NCBI GenBank assembly: GCA_030428205.1
Contig: JAUIBK010000001.1
Location: forward strand, 199,966 to 263,965
Length of the DNA stretch: 64,000 nt
Reading direction: 5' to 3'
Source of the DNA: a bacterium
Lineage (GTDB): Bacteria > Bdellovibrionota_C > UBA2361 > RFPC01
Below, piece by piece: positions 55,265 to 64,000 of this stretch (position 1 is its first letter; the number at the start of each line of letters is the position of its first letter). The position numbers and the translations under genes are program-made. Below the pieces are notes generated by a model. That model was not told where the DNA came from, ran no database searches, and saw only the letters and a list, made by a program, of their open reading frames with translations.

Positions 55265-57568
55265 TTAATGTAGTGCTTGTCGCACACTACGAGCTAACGT
55301 TTCTATATCAAACGGTTTTGGGATGAAGTTATCTACGGAGTCTTCAGAGAGCGAGCCAAAGCCTGTCATAACAAGTGTTGGAACGGTTTGTTTGTCTGCT
55401 TCAAGCTTCTCGATCAGTTCAAGTCCGCCCATGCGGGGCATCATCATATCAACAAGAATAAGATCAAAAGACTCTTCTTTACACCGCTCAACAGCCTCTT
55501 CTCCGTTTCCACACTCTTGTACAACATACCCGAGTGTCTCTAACATTTTGGCAACGAGATTTCGGACCGTTGGTTCATCTTCAACAACAAGAATTTTTTC
55601 ACCAGTTTCGGTGATAAGCTTTTCCGCGTTCTTTTGCTCTGAAGAATGCTTCGCTCGAGAAGATTCCTCTAGGTCGACAAGTGGCAAGTAGATTGAGATA
55701 TTTGTTCCTTTCTCTGGAAAGCTTTCCACGCTGAGAAACCCGTCATGCGCACGAACAATAGCAAAGACGATAGAAAGGCCAAGGCCAGACTGTCCTTTAT
55801 CTTGCTTTGTTGTGAAGAGTGGATCAAACGCTTTTGCCACTACTTCTCGGCTCATCCCCATGCCTGTATCTGCTACGCGAAGGCGTGCATACGTACCAGG
55901 GTGAGCGCCTGGATAAAACTGTGCTACCTCAGCATCAATCACCTCTGTATCAAGAGAGAGCTTGATAGCTCCTGAGTTGTCGGCATAACTTTCTTGAGCA
56001 TTGCTTATGAGATCGTTGAGGAGTTGCAGGATCAAGTTTTCATCACAGCTGATGCCGATAGATTCCTGAGGCGGTTCGAATGTAATCTCAATTGTATCAC
56101 CAACACTTTTTCTGAGCATTGAGAGTTTATTCTCAATAAACTTTCCAAAGTCATCCTGCTTAAAGAGCGCAGGTTTTCCTTCTGCGTAATCGAGAAGGGT
56201 CCAAACGAGGTCGCCAGCTTCTTTTGCTGAGCCCAGAATACTTGAAAGCGCCTGTTCTCTGATCTCCTCATCTTCGGTGCGTTGTGCAAAACTTGCTTGC
56301 CCAGTGATGTTTGTGAGGTAGTTATTAAAAGCATGTGCAATCCCGGCAACAACTTTTCCGAGAGACTTCATCTTTTGTGCTTGAAGCAGGTGTGTTTCAA
56401 CGGTGCGACGTTCTGAAATATCACAGAAGGAAAGGGTGTATCCCTCCTCGTCATTGCCATCGAATGGCTCCGCTGTCATAAGAAAGAACCTGAGGGAGTC
56501 GGGCAGCTCGTTGATACGAAACTCTGTTGAATATTGCTCTGAGTTCGAAGACGAGAGTTCCTCAAGGCAGGTTTCTATCTGCTTTCGAACTTCCCCGTTC
56601 ATGTTGAGATCTGAAAGTGTACGACCCGCAATTTCATTGCTGGTGCATTGCGCCATTTCGCGAAACATATCGTTGAAGAAAATGATTTTTCCTTTCGTTG
56701 AGACGGCACAAACTCCCTCTTCTCTCTGCGGGATGTGTAGCGCAACTGAGTGGTATGAGGGCCCTTGTAGTGGCGCGGTGTCAGAAGCGCGTGGTACCTC
56801 TTTTTCATGATTTCGAGTGGTCAGTGGGTTGTGTGCCCATTTTGATTGAGAAGATGTATTGATGTTCTGTCTATAGCTTTGTGAAAGAAGTCGCTTCGAG
56901 GGAAGATCGTCGAGAACGTGAGCTAATTTCCATGCGATAAGCCCTGGTACGGTGGTCGATATGATGGCCACAAAGAGAAGAGTTTCAAGGGGAAGGGAGG
57001 TTCCGAGAAGAAATGGGAATCCTACAGCACAAAAGCCTATACCTGTACCAATCAGTGTTGCTGTATTGGTCAGTGCTTCAATGGCGCTGACTTGTTTTGG
57101 GTGAGTAGCAAGAGCTCCCCAAATGCTTGGAGCAAGGAGAAGAGAGCTTGCTATCGTGACAAGAAAAACTTCGCCGAGCGCTTGGAGTGTGACGTATTCA
57201 GTAAGGTACTTACTTTGGTCTTGAAAGATAAAATGCAGTGGTCCAAAAACACAAACCCAACAGAGCAGTGCTGGAAGGTATGAGGGAATGCGAGGATAGT
57301 GTTTTGCTGAGAGACTGATACATGCACACAGGGTAAGTACGCGCAGTCCGTAGAGGTGATCTCCGGTAAAAAGTGTTTCGGGCATGATACCCGCAGCTAC
57401 AGAGACCATCGCTCCTGGTATTCCAAAAACAATAGCACTGGCATAGAGCAGGAGGTTGCCGATAGGCATGCTGATCTGCGGAATAAGCCAAGATGAGAAT
57501 GCATTAATGATGAATGCTGCGACACCAAGAATGGCGGCAGAGAATAAAACCTTCTTCGAGGGCTTCAT
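55265..57568 (-). CDS. Membrane-bound hybrid histidine kinase (TM-PAS-HisKA-HATPase-receiver)
   Basis: GIAHAFNNYL, FDPLFTTK, GLGLSIV, LVVEDE...DMMMP. Confidence 0.93.
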   Translation of the reverse strand: MKPSKKVLFSAAILGVAAFIINAFSSWLIPQISMPIGNLLLYASAIVFGIPGAMVSVAAGIMPETLFTGDHLYGLRVLTLCACISLSAKHYPRIPSYLPALLCWVCVFGPLHFIFQDQSKYLTEYVTLQALGEVFLVTIASSLLLAPSIWGALATHPKQVSAIEALTNTATLIGTGIGFCAVGFPFLLGTSLPLETLLFVAIISTTVPGLIAWKLAHVLDDLPSKRLLSQSYRQNINTSSQSKWAHNPLTTRNHEKEVPRASDTAPLQGPSYHSVALHIPQREEGVCAVSTKGKIIFFNDMFREMAQCTSNEIAGRTLSDLNMNGEVRKQIETCLEELSSSNSEQYSTEFRINELPDSLRFFLMTAEPFDGNDEEGYTLSFCDISERRTVETHLLQAQKMKSLGKVVAGIAHAFNNYLTNITGQASFAQRTEDEEIREQALSSILGSAKEAGDLVWTLLDYAEGKPALFKQDDFGKFIENKLSMLRKSVGDTIEITFEPPQESIGISCDENLILQLLNDLISNAQESYADNSGAIKLSLDTEVIDAEVAQFYPGAHPGTYARLRVADTGMGMSREVVAKAFDPLFTTKQDKGQSGLGLSIVFAIVRAHDGFLSVESFPEKGTNISIYLPLVDLEESSRAKHSSEQKNAEKLITETGEKILVVEDEPTVRNLVAKMLETLGYVVQECGNGEEAVERCKEESFDLILVDMMMPRMGGLELIEKLEADKQTVPTLVMTGFGSLSEDSVDNFIPKPFDIETLARSVRQALH

Positions 57569-57994
57569 GTTCGAGTATCTCCTCGTAAAACCGACAGAGC
57601 CAGGCTCAGCTGAGCGTGGCTTTTACATTATGATCCTGTATTGCAACCCGACCGTATGACTATATAGATGCGCGCAATGTATGGAAGAATCTTCAATTTC
57701 CAATATTTGTCGCGAGAAAAGAGTGGGAGACTTGGATTTGTTTGAGATATAGGCCAGTTATAGCAAACATCGTTATATTTTATCTGTGTTCAGATTGTTG
57801 GTGGAATCTCAAGTCCTTCTTGCTCAAGCTAGGCATCATACTTTTCAAACACCCCTTTATTCTTGTAATGACCTAGCTTTTTTACTCTGGGCCTCTCAAG
57901 AATTCGTGTGTTATAAATCTGACTGGTGTCGTTTATGACACGTAATCGAGCCCGGTGTTTTCCGGGTTGTATAGCCTTTGCCAAGGGAGCTGAC

Positions 57995-58771
57995 ATGCTA
58001 AGTCGAAAGAGTTTTTTTGCCGTTCTATTTCTTCTTTTATTGCCGGGCTTTGTTGCTGCACAAGATGTGTTGCCCATCGATAATGGCCTAGCCACGTATC
58101 ATACATCACCACGTTATAGAGAGAGTGAGTCTCACCCTCTTCGTGTTGTAGCTTACGTTGTGCATCCTGTTGGATGGTTAGCTCGAGAAATCTTTTTTCG
58201 TCCACTTAGCTACTTTGCATCTTCGAGTGAAACGCGTCGAAGTGTAATGGGCTATCGTGAGCCGTTTGATTACCGCCAGCCTGAGTGTTTCTCTGCTGAC
58301 GACAGTACTCCTGATTGTCGTTCGGTGCTTCCTTTCAACTACGATGTTGCTCCTCCTGCAGTTGTTGAGCCAGTGGAAGAAGTTGCAATGGTAAGCGAGC
58401 CTGTTATGCGTCAGGTCTACTTTCCAGATGTTAACTTTGAGTTTGATAAGTCTCGTTTGACTGACCTTGGAAAAGGTCGTGCAAACCAAATTGCAAAGCT
58501 TCTTGAGTCTGACCAAGGTCTACGCATTGTTCTTGAAGGACATGCTGACTTCATCGGTTCTGATGCATATAACGAAAAGCTTGGCATGCACCGCGCTGAA
58601 ACAGTACGCAAAGAGCTTGTTGCTCTTGGTGTTCCAGCTGACAGACTTTCTACGGTAACATTCGGTAAGTCTCAACCTGTTCTTGCAGATGAAACCGACT
58701 GGGCTCGTGCTGTAAACCGTCGCGTTGAAATCCACGTTGACGATGCTTCTGCTGAGGGTGACCAAAGCTAA
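57995..58771 (+). CDS. OmpA-family peptidoglycan-binding protein
   Basis: Signal peptide; VNFEFDKS, EGHADFIGSDAYNEKLG, NRRVEI. Confidence 0.92.
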   Translation: MLSRKSFFAVLFLLLLPGFVAAQDVLPIDNGLATYHTSPRYRESESHPLRVVAYVVHPVGWLAREIFFRPLSYFASSSETRRSVMGYREPFDYRQPECFSADDSTPDCRSVLPFNYDVAPPAVVEPVEEVAMVSEPVMRQVYFPDVNFEFDKSRLTDLGKGRANQIAKLLESDQGLRIVLEGHADFIGSDAYNEKLGMHRAETVRKELVALGVPADRLSTVTFGKSQPVLADETDWARAVNRRVEIHVDDASAEGDQS

Positions 58772-58797
58772 GAACCTTCACTTACAGTATAAAGAAT

Positions 58798-58826
58798 AAA
58801 AAGGGAGCTTTTATGCTCCCTTTTTT
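58798..58826 (+). terminator. Intrinsic (probably bidirectional) terminator
   Basis: AAAAAGGGAGC-TTTTAT-GCTCCCTTTTTT. Confidence 0.85.
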
Positions 58827-58880
58827 GTCTCTGTTTTTTTGGTGAAACCTCTGGAGCGCCTGGGTAGGCTAAGAAGAAAA

Positions 58881-58940
58881 TATAACGCGAAGGCCGCGAA
58901 GTACGCTAAGCTCAACTCTCTTCGCGGCCTTCGCGGTGTA
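58881..58940. repeat. 9-bp-periodic palindrome (TATAACGCG family)
   Basis: TATAACGCGAAGGCCGCGAAG...CTTCGCGGCCTTCGCGGTGTA. Confidence 0.8.
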
Positions 58941-59005
58941 AGTTTCTTATGATGAAATTTGTGGACTCTCATGTGGGATTGGCTTGAGGTATTTTGCCTT
59001 GGCCC

Positions 59006-59917
59006 TTAAACACCGGTGGTGATAGCGCGATAAGCAAATTGCTGTTCAAGCAATGAAGCCGCGTCTGGAAGAGGCTCTAGTTGCCCAAGGTCTTCGCGCA
59101 GTTTTAGCGCATTGTGCCACGAAGATGCCTGAATCAGCGCCTGCTCTGGCCAGGTGCGAATCGAGAGCATCCGCTCAATAGCAGATGACATACATGAATC
59201 AGGAACAGCAGGGAAAATACTCTGTGCAACAGACAGGAGCACTTCCGGTTCTCGGTGGCATGTGGTGAGCCCTTCTTGAATCGCACTCACAAAGCGTTGA
59301 GCTACTTCAGGATTTCCATGTAAGTAGTCGGAGCGTGCAGTGACTCCTGTGTAGAGCATGGGTGGGTAAAGGTCTTGAGCGGAGAAAACGACTCGCATGC
59401 CTTGGTGTTCTGCCATGCTGATCATCGGCTCAACTTCTATGATCACATCAACTTGTTCACGTGCGAGTAGGGGGGAGAGCTCCCCGATGCTCGCCTCAAT
59501 GATTTCCATTGTACGAAGTCTGCGAGGTTGTGACGCTTTTATGTTGGCAAGTAGCGCGTGAGTTGTCGAGGGAGCTGGGTAAGTCCCAAATCGCAGACCA
59601 ACACAGTCATCAGCGCAAGTTATTGGATGAATCTCTGGGTGGTGAGTATAGCCCCAAGCCGCACCTCTGTTGACGATGGCGGCGATGACCTTGGTGTCGT
59701 CGCCTTTAAGAGAGCCGTGCGCAACAAAGGTAGGGTCTCCTATCCCAAAGTGAGCCTTACCACTCACTACTTCAGCGTAAATCAGGTCATCGTTGCCGGC
59801 GTGATACAGCTCAAGGTTAAGTCCTTGGTCTTTGAAGTAACCAAGGTGCTGTGCCACGTATATGGGCATGTAGACGATGTGTTTTCCGCCCCACTGGGCG
59901 ACCCGTACGCACGTCAC
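59006..59917 (-). CDS. NitT/TauT-type ABC substrate-binding protein (no obvious signal peptide)
   Basis: YMPIYVAQHLGYFKDQGL, NPEVAQRFV. Confidence 0.85.
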   Translation of the reverse strand: MTCVRVAQWGGKHIVYMPIYVAQHLGYFKDQGLNLELYHAGNDDLIYAEVVSGKAHFGIGDPTFVAHGSLKGDDTKVIAAIVNRGAAWGYTHHPEIHPITCADDCVGLRFGTYPAPSTTHALLANIKASQPRRLRTMEIIEASIGELSPLLAREQVDVIIEVEPMISMAEHQGMRVVFSAQDLYPPMLYTGVTARSDYLHGNPEVAQRFVSAIQEGLTTCHREPEVLLSVAQSIFPAVPDSCMSSAIERMLSIRTWPEQALIQASSWHNALKLREDLGQLEPLPDAASLLEQQFAYRAITTGV

Positions 59918-59956
59918 GATGAAACTACCCCAATAATTTCAAGCAATTAGAAATAT

Positions 59957-59998
59957 TTGATTAGTGTATTATCTGTGATACTATTATGTATCATAAAT
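59957..59998 (+). promoter_or_regulatory. Putative promoter overlapped by a palindromic operator
   Basis: TTGATT-N16-TACTAT; inverted repeat ATCTGTGATAC-N6-GTATCATAAAT. Confidence 0.5.
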
Positions 59999-60032
59999 GA
60001 TACATCGTCAATTCATTCGAGGAGAAAAGACA

Positions 60033-60305
60033 ATGAATGATTCTAGGCCAAGGGGACCTCAGAGGGAGGAGAGCGCTACCCCACCAGCGTACCCCAGAGC
60101 TGTCAAACGGATGATTGCCTATCAGATTGAACGTGAACTTCTCCGTCAAAATATCTCTCGCGCACGGTTGGCAAAAGAAATGGAAACAAGTCGAGCGTCG
60201 GTTAATCGTCTGCTCGATCCCGAAAACGAAAGTGTCACTTTGCAGACCTTAGAGAAGGCCGCAGATATTTTAGGAAAGAAACTTGAAATTTATTTTAGTG
60301 AGTAG
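60033..60305 (+). CDS. XRE-family HTH regulator (antitoxin-like)
   Basis: LAKEMETSRASVNRLLDPENESVTLQTLEKAA; GGAG RBS. Confidence 0.85.
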   Translation: MNDSRPRGPQREESATPPAYPRAVKRMIAYQIERELLRQNISRARLAKEMETSRASVNRLLDPENESVTLQTLEKAADILGKKLEIYFSE

Positions 60306-60315
60306 TGGAGATTTT

Positions 60316-61407
60316 ATGCTGTACCGAACGTCTCTCATCCTTTTTCTTTTCATTTTTAATACTCCTCTGTTTGCACATTCGGAGCAAATTAAAGTTGGAC
60401 TTGGAGCTGTGCTCAGTGGTGATATGGCAATTTTTGGGCAAGGAGATCTTCGCGCTGCCCAAACATACCTCAAGCACTACGCGAGGCATGACATTAAGCT
60501 GATTGTTGAAGATGCTCGTTTAACGAGCGCTGAAGGGCTCAGAGCCTATCAAAAGTTAATTAATTTCGACAAAGTTGATGTACTGATTGCAGCTGGGACA
60601 TCAAATGGAATTATGGCAGCAAAGGGACTTGTTCATACCTCCAATACGGTAACTTTCATGGCCTCAACCGGCGGAAACAATATTGATCAAGCTGGCCCTT
60701 GGATGTTTCGCTTGGGAAATAGCGATACACTGAATGGGATTCAACAAGCACAACACTTTCTTAAACAAGGTATCACACGAGTTGCGCTATTGACCGAAAT
60801 AACAGAATACACCACTGATATTTCAAAGGCATTTCGTGCGGAGTTTCTCGCTGGAGGAGGAGTGCTTGTGTATGATGACTCTTTCTTGCCTAATCCGACC
60901 GATTTTCGTAGCCAGGTAACAGCTCTTTTACGAAAAAAACCGCAAGCTGTTTTCATGCCGACCCAAACAGGCACAGCCCTTGGAGTCTTTCTCAAGCAAC
61001 TGCGCTCACAAGAGACAGGGGTAAAGGTAGAAGTGCATACCACGATGGTTGCAGCACCAAATCCAAATGCACACACTATTGCCGGAGAGCACCTGCTTGG
61101 CGTGTACTACATGGATCCAAACTACGATTCAAAAGGGCAACGGTACCAGGAGCTTCTCTCACACTATCTTGAGGAGTTTGGTGAGCCGCCGGCTGCACCT
61201 TTTCATGCTGCTTCTGTAGTTGAAACGCTTGAGCTCTTACAACTCTTTCTCGATAAGAACAAAGGGTATGAGGCAAAGGCCTTTCAAGAATTTCTTCTCT
61301 CAGAGGTTGGAACTCGTTGTGGATACATGGGTTGCTATGAGATAGACTCAGACGGAAACTCGAATCTTGGGTTTCACCTTGCAGAGATAACAAAGTTGAT
61401 CCAGTAG
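60316..61407 (+). CDS. Branched-chain amino acid-type ABC substrate-binding protein
   Basis: Signal peptide; KVGLGAVLSGD, KLIVED, TDFRSQV. Confidence 0.88.
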   Translation: MLYRTSLILFLFIFNTPLFAHSEQIKVGLGAVLSGDMAIFGQGDLRAAQTYLKHYARHDIKLIVEDARLTSAEGLRAYQKLINFDKVDVLIAAGTSNGIMAAKGLVHTSNTVTFMASTGGNNIDQAGPWMFRLGNSDTLNGIQQAQHFLKQGITRVALLTEITEYTTDISKAFRAEFLAGGGVLVYDDSFLPNPTDFRSQVTALLRKKPQAVFMPTQTGTALGVFLKQLRSQETGVKVEVHTTMVAAPNPNAHTIAGEHLLGVYYMDPNYDSKGQRYQELLSHYLEEFGEPPAAPFHAASVVETLELLQLFLDKNKGYEAKAFQEFLLSEVGTRCGYMGCYEIDSDGNSNLGFHLAEITKLIQ

Positions 61408-61414
61408 GCTGGCG

Positions 61415-62302
61415 CTACTTTTTCATCTCAATAGCTTGCCCGCCAAGAGGAACATCTTTTTGCGGCTCTACAAACCCAAGCCACTCAAGAGCTTGGCGAA
61501 TGGGTGAGGAGCGTTTTTGAGTCGTAATGAGTTGACGAATAACTTGGGTTTCACTGAGGAGCAGAAGTTGATCGCGATCACCTTTTTCTTCGAGGCGTTC
61601 AATTCTTCCCCGTAGCCAATCACGCTCCTTTTGGAGGCTTTCTATTTCTTTCTCTCGCATGTCGAGAATCTTCTCTTGCATCTCAACAACGCGCTCAAGG
61701 GTTGTGATTCGTTGAGCTTGTTCCACGTTGATTGGTGCTTCAAGAGGCGGAGTATCCTCAGGCGTCGCAGATATCGTAGGGGTAATTGTCTCTTCGAAGA
61801 TAGCACCGAGCGATTGTTGAGTTGTTTTACTGTCGTTTTCGACACTTTCAGCGCGTTCAGCTTGTTTGGCTGCGAGTGAGGACTCAATAGCTGAGCTCAT
61901 ACGAGCCGTAAGTTCTCGAGGGTCTTCTCTGACAAACTTATTGTTTTGCTCTGAGGCTGTTGAGTAGTAAGAGGTTGTTGAGGGAGCTTCTTCTTCTGCG
62001 GCAGAGATGTCCTTCTTTGGTGCTACAGGCTCTGCCTTGATTTTGGATTCTTGATTTGCTCGAATTTGTTGCCGAGAGCGAAGTGTTGCATCAGGGGTGC
62101 TAAATGATTTCTTTGGCTGCGTAAAGGCATCTTGCCTTATGCCAAACACCTCTCCAAGCTCACGGGTCGAAAACAGGCGCAGTCCATCTGTTTCGGTTTC
62201 AATCTCTAAGTATCCTGCCTCTGCAAAGCGATTAAGGGTAGCTACGGAGACCCCAGCAAAATTGGCTGCTTCTGATTCAGAGATATAATTTTCAAATCCC
62301 AT
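61415..62302 (-). CDS. MerR-like HTH protein with disordered linker and C-terminal coiled coil
   Basis: EAANFAGVSVATLNRFAEAG...GLRLFS; heptad-rich C-terminus. Confidence 0.8.
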   Translation of the reverse strand: MGFENYISESEAANFAGVSVATLNRFAEAGYLEIETETDGLRLFSTRELGEVFGIRQDAFTQPKKSFSTPDATLRSRQQIRANQESKIKAEPVAPKKDISAAEEEAPSTTSYYSTASEQNNKFVREDPRELTARMSSAIESSLAAKQAERAESVENDSKTTQQSLGAIFEETITPTISATPEDTPPLEAPINVEQAQRITTLERVVEMQEKILDMREKEIESLQKERDWLRGRIERLEEKGDRDQLLLLSETQVIRQLITTQKRSSPIRQALEWLGFVEPQKDVPLGGQAIEMKK

Positions 62303-62432
62303 GGGAGTACCTCGAGGTGGTAGTATAACAGTGTGTGAAGCAGTATAAGACAAAGAGAGTAGGATTGGTATAAGAGACTTAAAGTTTTCCTCGTGAGTCG
62401 GAGCTAGCCCGGGCTAGCGTTTCCAGTTACTT

Positions 62433-62601
62433 ATACTGAACGCATATCAAAATGCCCGCATTTTGATATGCGTTCAGTATCCCCCGGAGGGAAGACAAAT
62501 ACTCCCCGCGTAATCAGTAAGGGCCGATCAGGCCCTTTCCATGGCGTGCTTGATAGTGTTGCAGAGCTTCGAACTGGGTATTCTCAAGTGCGGGGAGTAT
62601 A
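62433..62601. mobile_element. Composite ATAC-N4-CGCA palindromic element (two units plus linker)
   Basis: 23-bp perfect hairpin 62433-62480; linker CCCCCGGAGGGAAG; ATACTCCCCGC...GCGGGGAGTATA at 62499-62601. Confidence 0.8.
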
Positions 62602-62718
62602 GAACTTTCTGTAACAATGCGAGTCTTGGTCCGACTCTAGGGCCAGGACCTTATGATACTACTGCGGAAGGGGGTTGAAGAACTTGGTTAACTTCATGAC
62701 TATGGTAATAGCTTTCTC

Positions 62719-62956
62719 TAAACCCAGATCCATGGTTAAGAGACGATCTCATGGAACCTGCAGGCATTATAGTAAAACTTATAACGCGAAGTACGCGTAC
62801 TTCGCGTTATAAATTTGTAACCAATCAAGGCTAAGACCAAGAAGGATAAGCCTCATTCCAGGGTAGAGCTCCTGTGTTTAACATACTTCACCTCATGGGT
62901 TTCATACTGTTTTCTCTTCTTAGCTGGTTATCCAGCTTACCCGTGGATCAGGACTA
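62719..62956. mobile_element. Second copy of the 53746-54011 MITE-like repeat, with a shortened inner palindrome
   Basis: Shared blocks such as CCTGTGTTTAACA, ATGGGTTTCAT, CTGTTTTCTCTTCTTA, CTGGTTATCCAG, TTACCCGTGGA. Confidence 0.8.
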
Positions 62957-62963
62957 AATATTT

Positions 62964-63557
62964 ATGAACTCAGTTACCTTCTCCAATTCTCTAAACAACT
63001 TCTTGTCAGGAAAAATCTCACGCAGAGAGTTCATCCGCTCGAGCCTTGCTCTAGCCAGTATAGCCTCTTTAGGTCAGCTCTTAGGCTGTGTGTATCAGGA
63101 TGCGCAGGTGCTTCCGCGTCTTTCACCTCAGCAAGATGAGCAAATGAGTGCTGTCTTTGATGTACTCTTTCCAAGTGAACAGGAGTCCCCTGGAGCAAGA
63201 GAGCTTGACACTCTTGCCTATCTGCATTTTGTAATGCTCGATCCTACTTACGATTCAAGTGATAAAGAGCTGATCCAGAGCGGACTAGAACGGTTACAAG
63301 AAGAATCTGACAAGAGATTTGGAAAACCATTTCTTACGTTAAGAGCTGAGCAGCGACACTTGCTCTTTGAGCATATCCAAACTCTTTCCTGGGGAAAGCG
63401 GTGGATGACTCGGCTTCTTAATGTCGCGCTTGAAGGCATGTTGGCGGATCCACTCTACGGTTCAAACCGTGATGGTGCGGGATGGAGGTGGCTCGAATTT
63501 CAACCAGGGGTGCCCCGTCCTACCGCTATTCCTACTGAGATGAGGCCAAAAGCATGA
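62964..63557 (+). CDS. Gluconate 2-dehydrogenase subunit 3 family protein (Tat signal)
   Basis: SRREFIR twin-arginine, PGARE, EGMLADPLYGSN...GWRWL. Confidence 0.88.
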   Translation: MNSVTFSNSLNNFLSGKISRREFIRSSLALASIASLGQLLGCVYQDAQVLPRLSPQQDEQMSAVFDVLFPSEQESPGARELDTLAYLHFVMLDPTYDSSDKELIQSGLERLQEESDKRFGKPFLTLRAEQRHLLFEHIQTLSWGKRWMTRLLNVALEGMLADPLYGSNRDGAGWRWLEFQPGVPRPTAIPTEMRPKA

Positions 63558-64000
63558 TTGAAGCTGATGTGTGTGTAGTTGGCTCCGGGGCAGGGGGATC
63601 TCCAATAGCCTATGAGCTATCCCGCAAAGGGTACCGGGTTGTCGTTCTTGAGAAAGGCAAATGGTACAAGACAAGTGATTTTACAAAGGATGAGCTGGCG
63701 TGTTGTAGGCGAGATCTCTACACCCCAAATCTCAATCAAGAATTTCACGCAATCGAAGATCGAGATAGTCGAAAAGATGATTGGAACACTACACCGTCGT
63801 ATGAGAGTGGCCCCTCTTTTTGGAATGGAAACTGTGTCGGTGGCTCTTCTAATTTTATGAGCGGTTATTTCCACCGCCTCAAGCCAATCGATTTTCGACT
63901 TCTCTCTGAATTTGGTCCGATTGAAGGTGCAAATGTAGTCGATTGGCCAATAAGCTATGAGGATCTCGAACCGTACTATACAAAAGTTGAGCGTGTTGTA
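63554..64000 (+). CDS. GMC-family oxidoreductase (runs off the window end)
   Basis: Manual translation MIEADVCVVGSGAGGSPIAYELSRKGYRVVVLEKG, later GNCVGGSS and DWPISYEDLEPYY; ATGA overlap with the upstream gene. Confidence 0.9.
   Translation, partial: MIEADVCVVGSGAGGSPIAYELSRKGYRVVVLEKGKWYKTSDFTKDELACCRRDLYTPNLNQEFHAIEDRDSRKDDWNTTPSYESGPSFWNGNCVGGSSNFMSGYFHRLKPIDFRLLSEFGPIEGANVVDWPISYEDLEPYYTKVERVV

Overview
Core bacterial chromosome segment, with protein signatures of deltaproteobacterial type (inferred, no search run). It carries a minus-strand tRNA-Thr/Gly/Tyr cluster, secE-nusG-rplKAJL-rpoBC, an 8.2-kb insert between rpoC and rpsL, and the complete str/S10/spc/alpha ribosomal superoperon. 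The insert holds a secreted protein, a ~1070-aa signal-peptide protein with an internal PAAR domain, a frameshifted second EF-G, and a stack of palindromic repeats. The rest is housekeeping and signalling genes: fabI, lptE, rhomboid, rpsT, dcd, two hybrid kinases, ygfA-ymdB, a 2-hydroxyacid dehydrogenase, an OmpA protein, two solute-binding proteins and a Tat-linked GMC oxidoreductase pair. The most interesting signals are: (1) a ~355-nt closed multi-stem RNA upstream of rpsL, plus long structured leaders before rpoB and rpmJ; (2) 141-bp tandem repeats after tRNA-Tyr, each carrying sense and antisense pieces of the tRNA 3' end; (3) several dispersed palindrome/MITE families whose two arms vary in concert, one of them modular around a fixed linker; (4) the PAAR protein's duplicated Cys-capped, Lys-rich C-terminal module; (5) an EF-Tu with a Planctomycetes/Verrucomicrobia-type switch I. 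All RNA pairings and alignments were read by eye and need computational confirmation.
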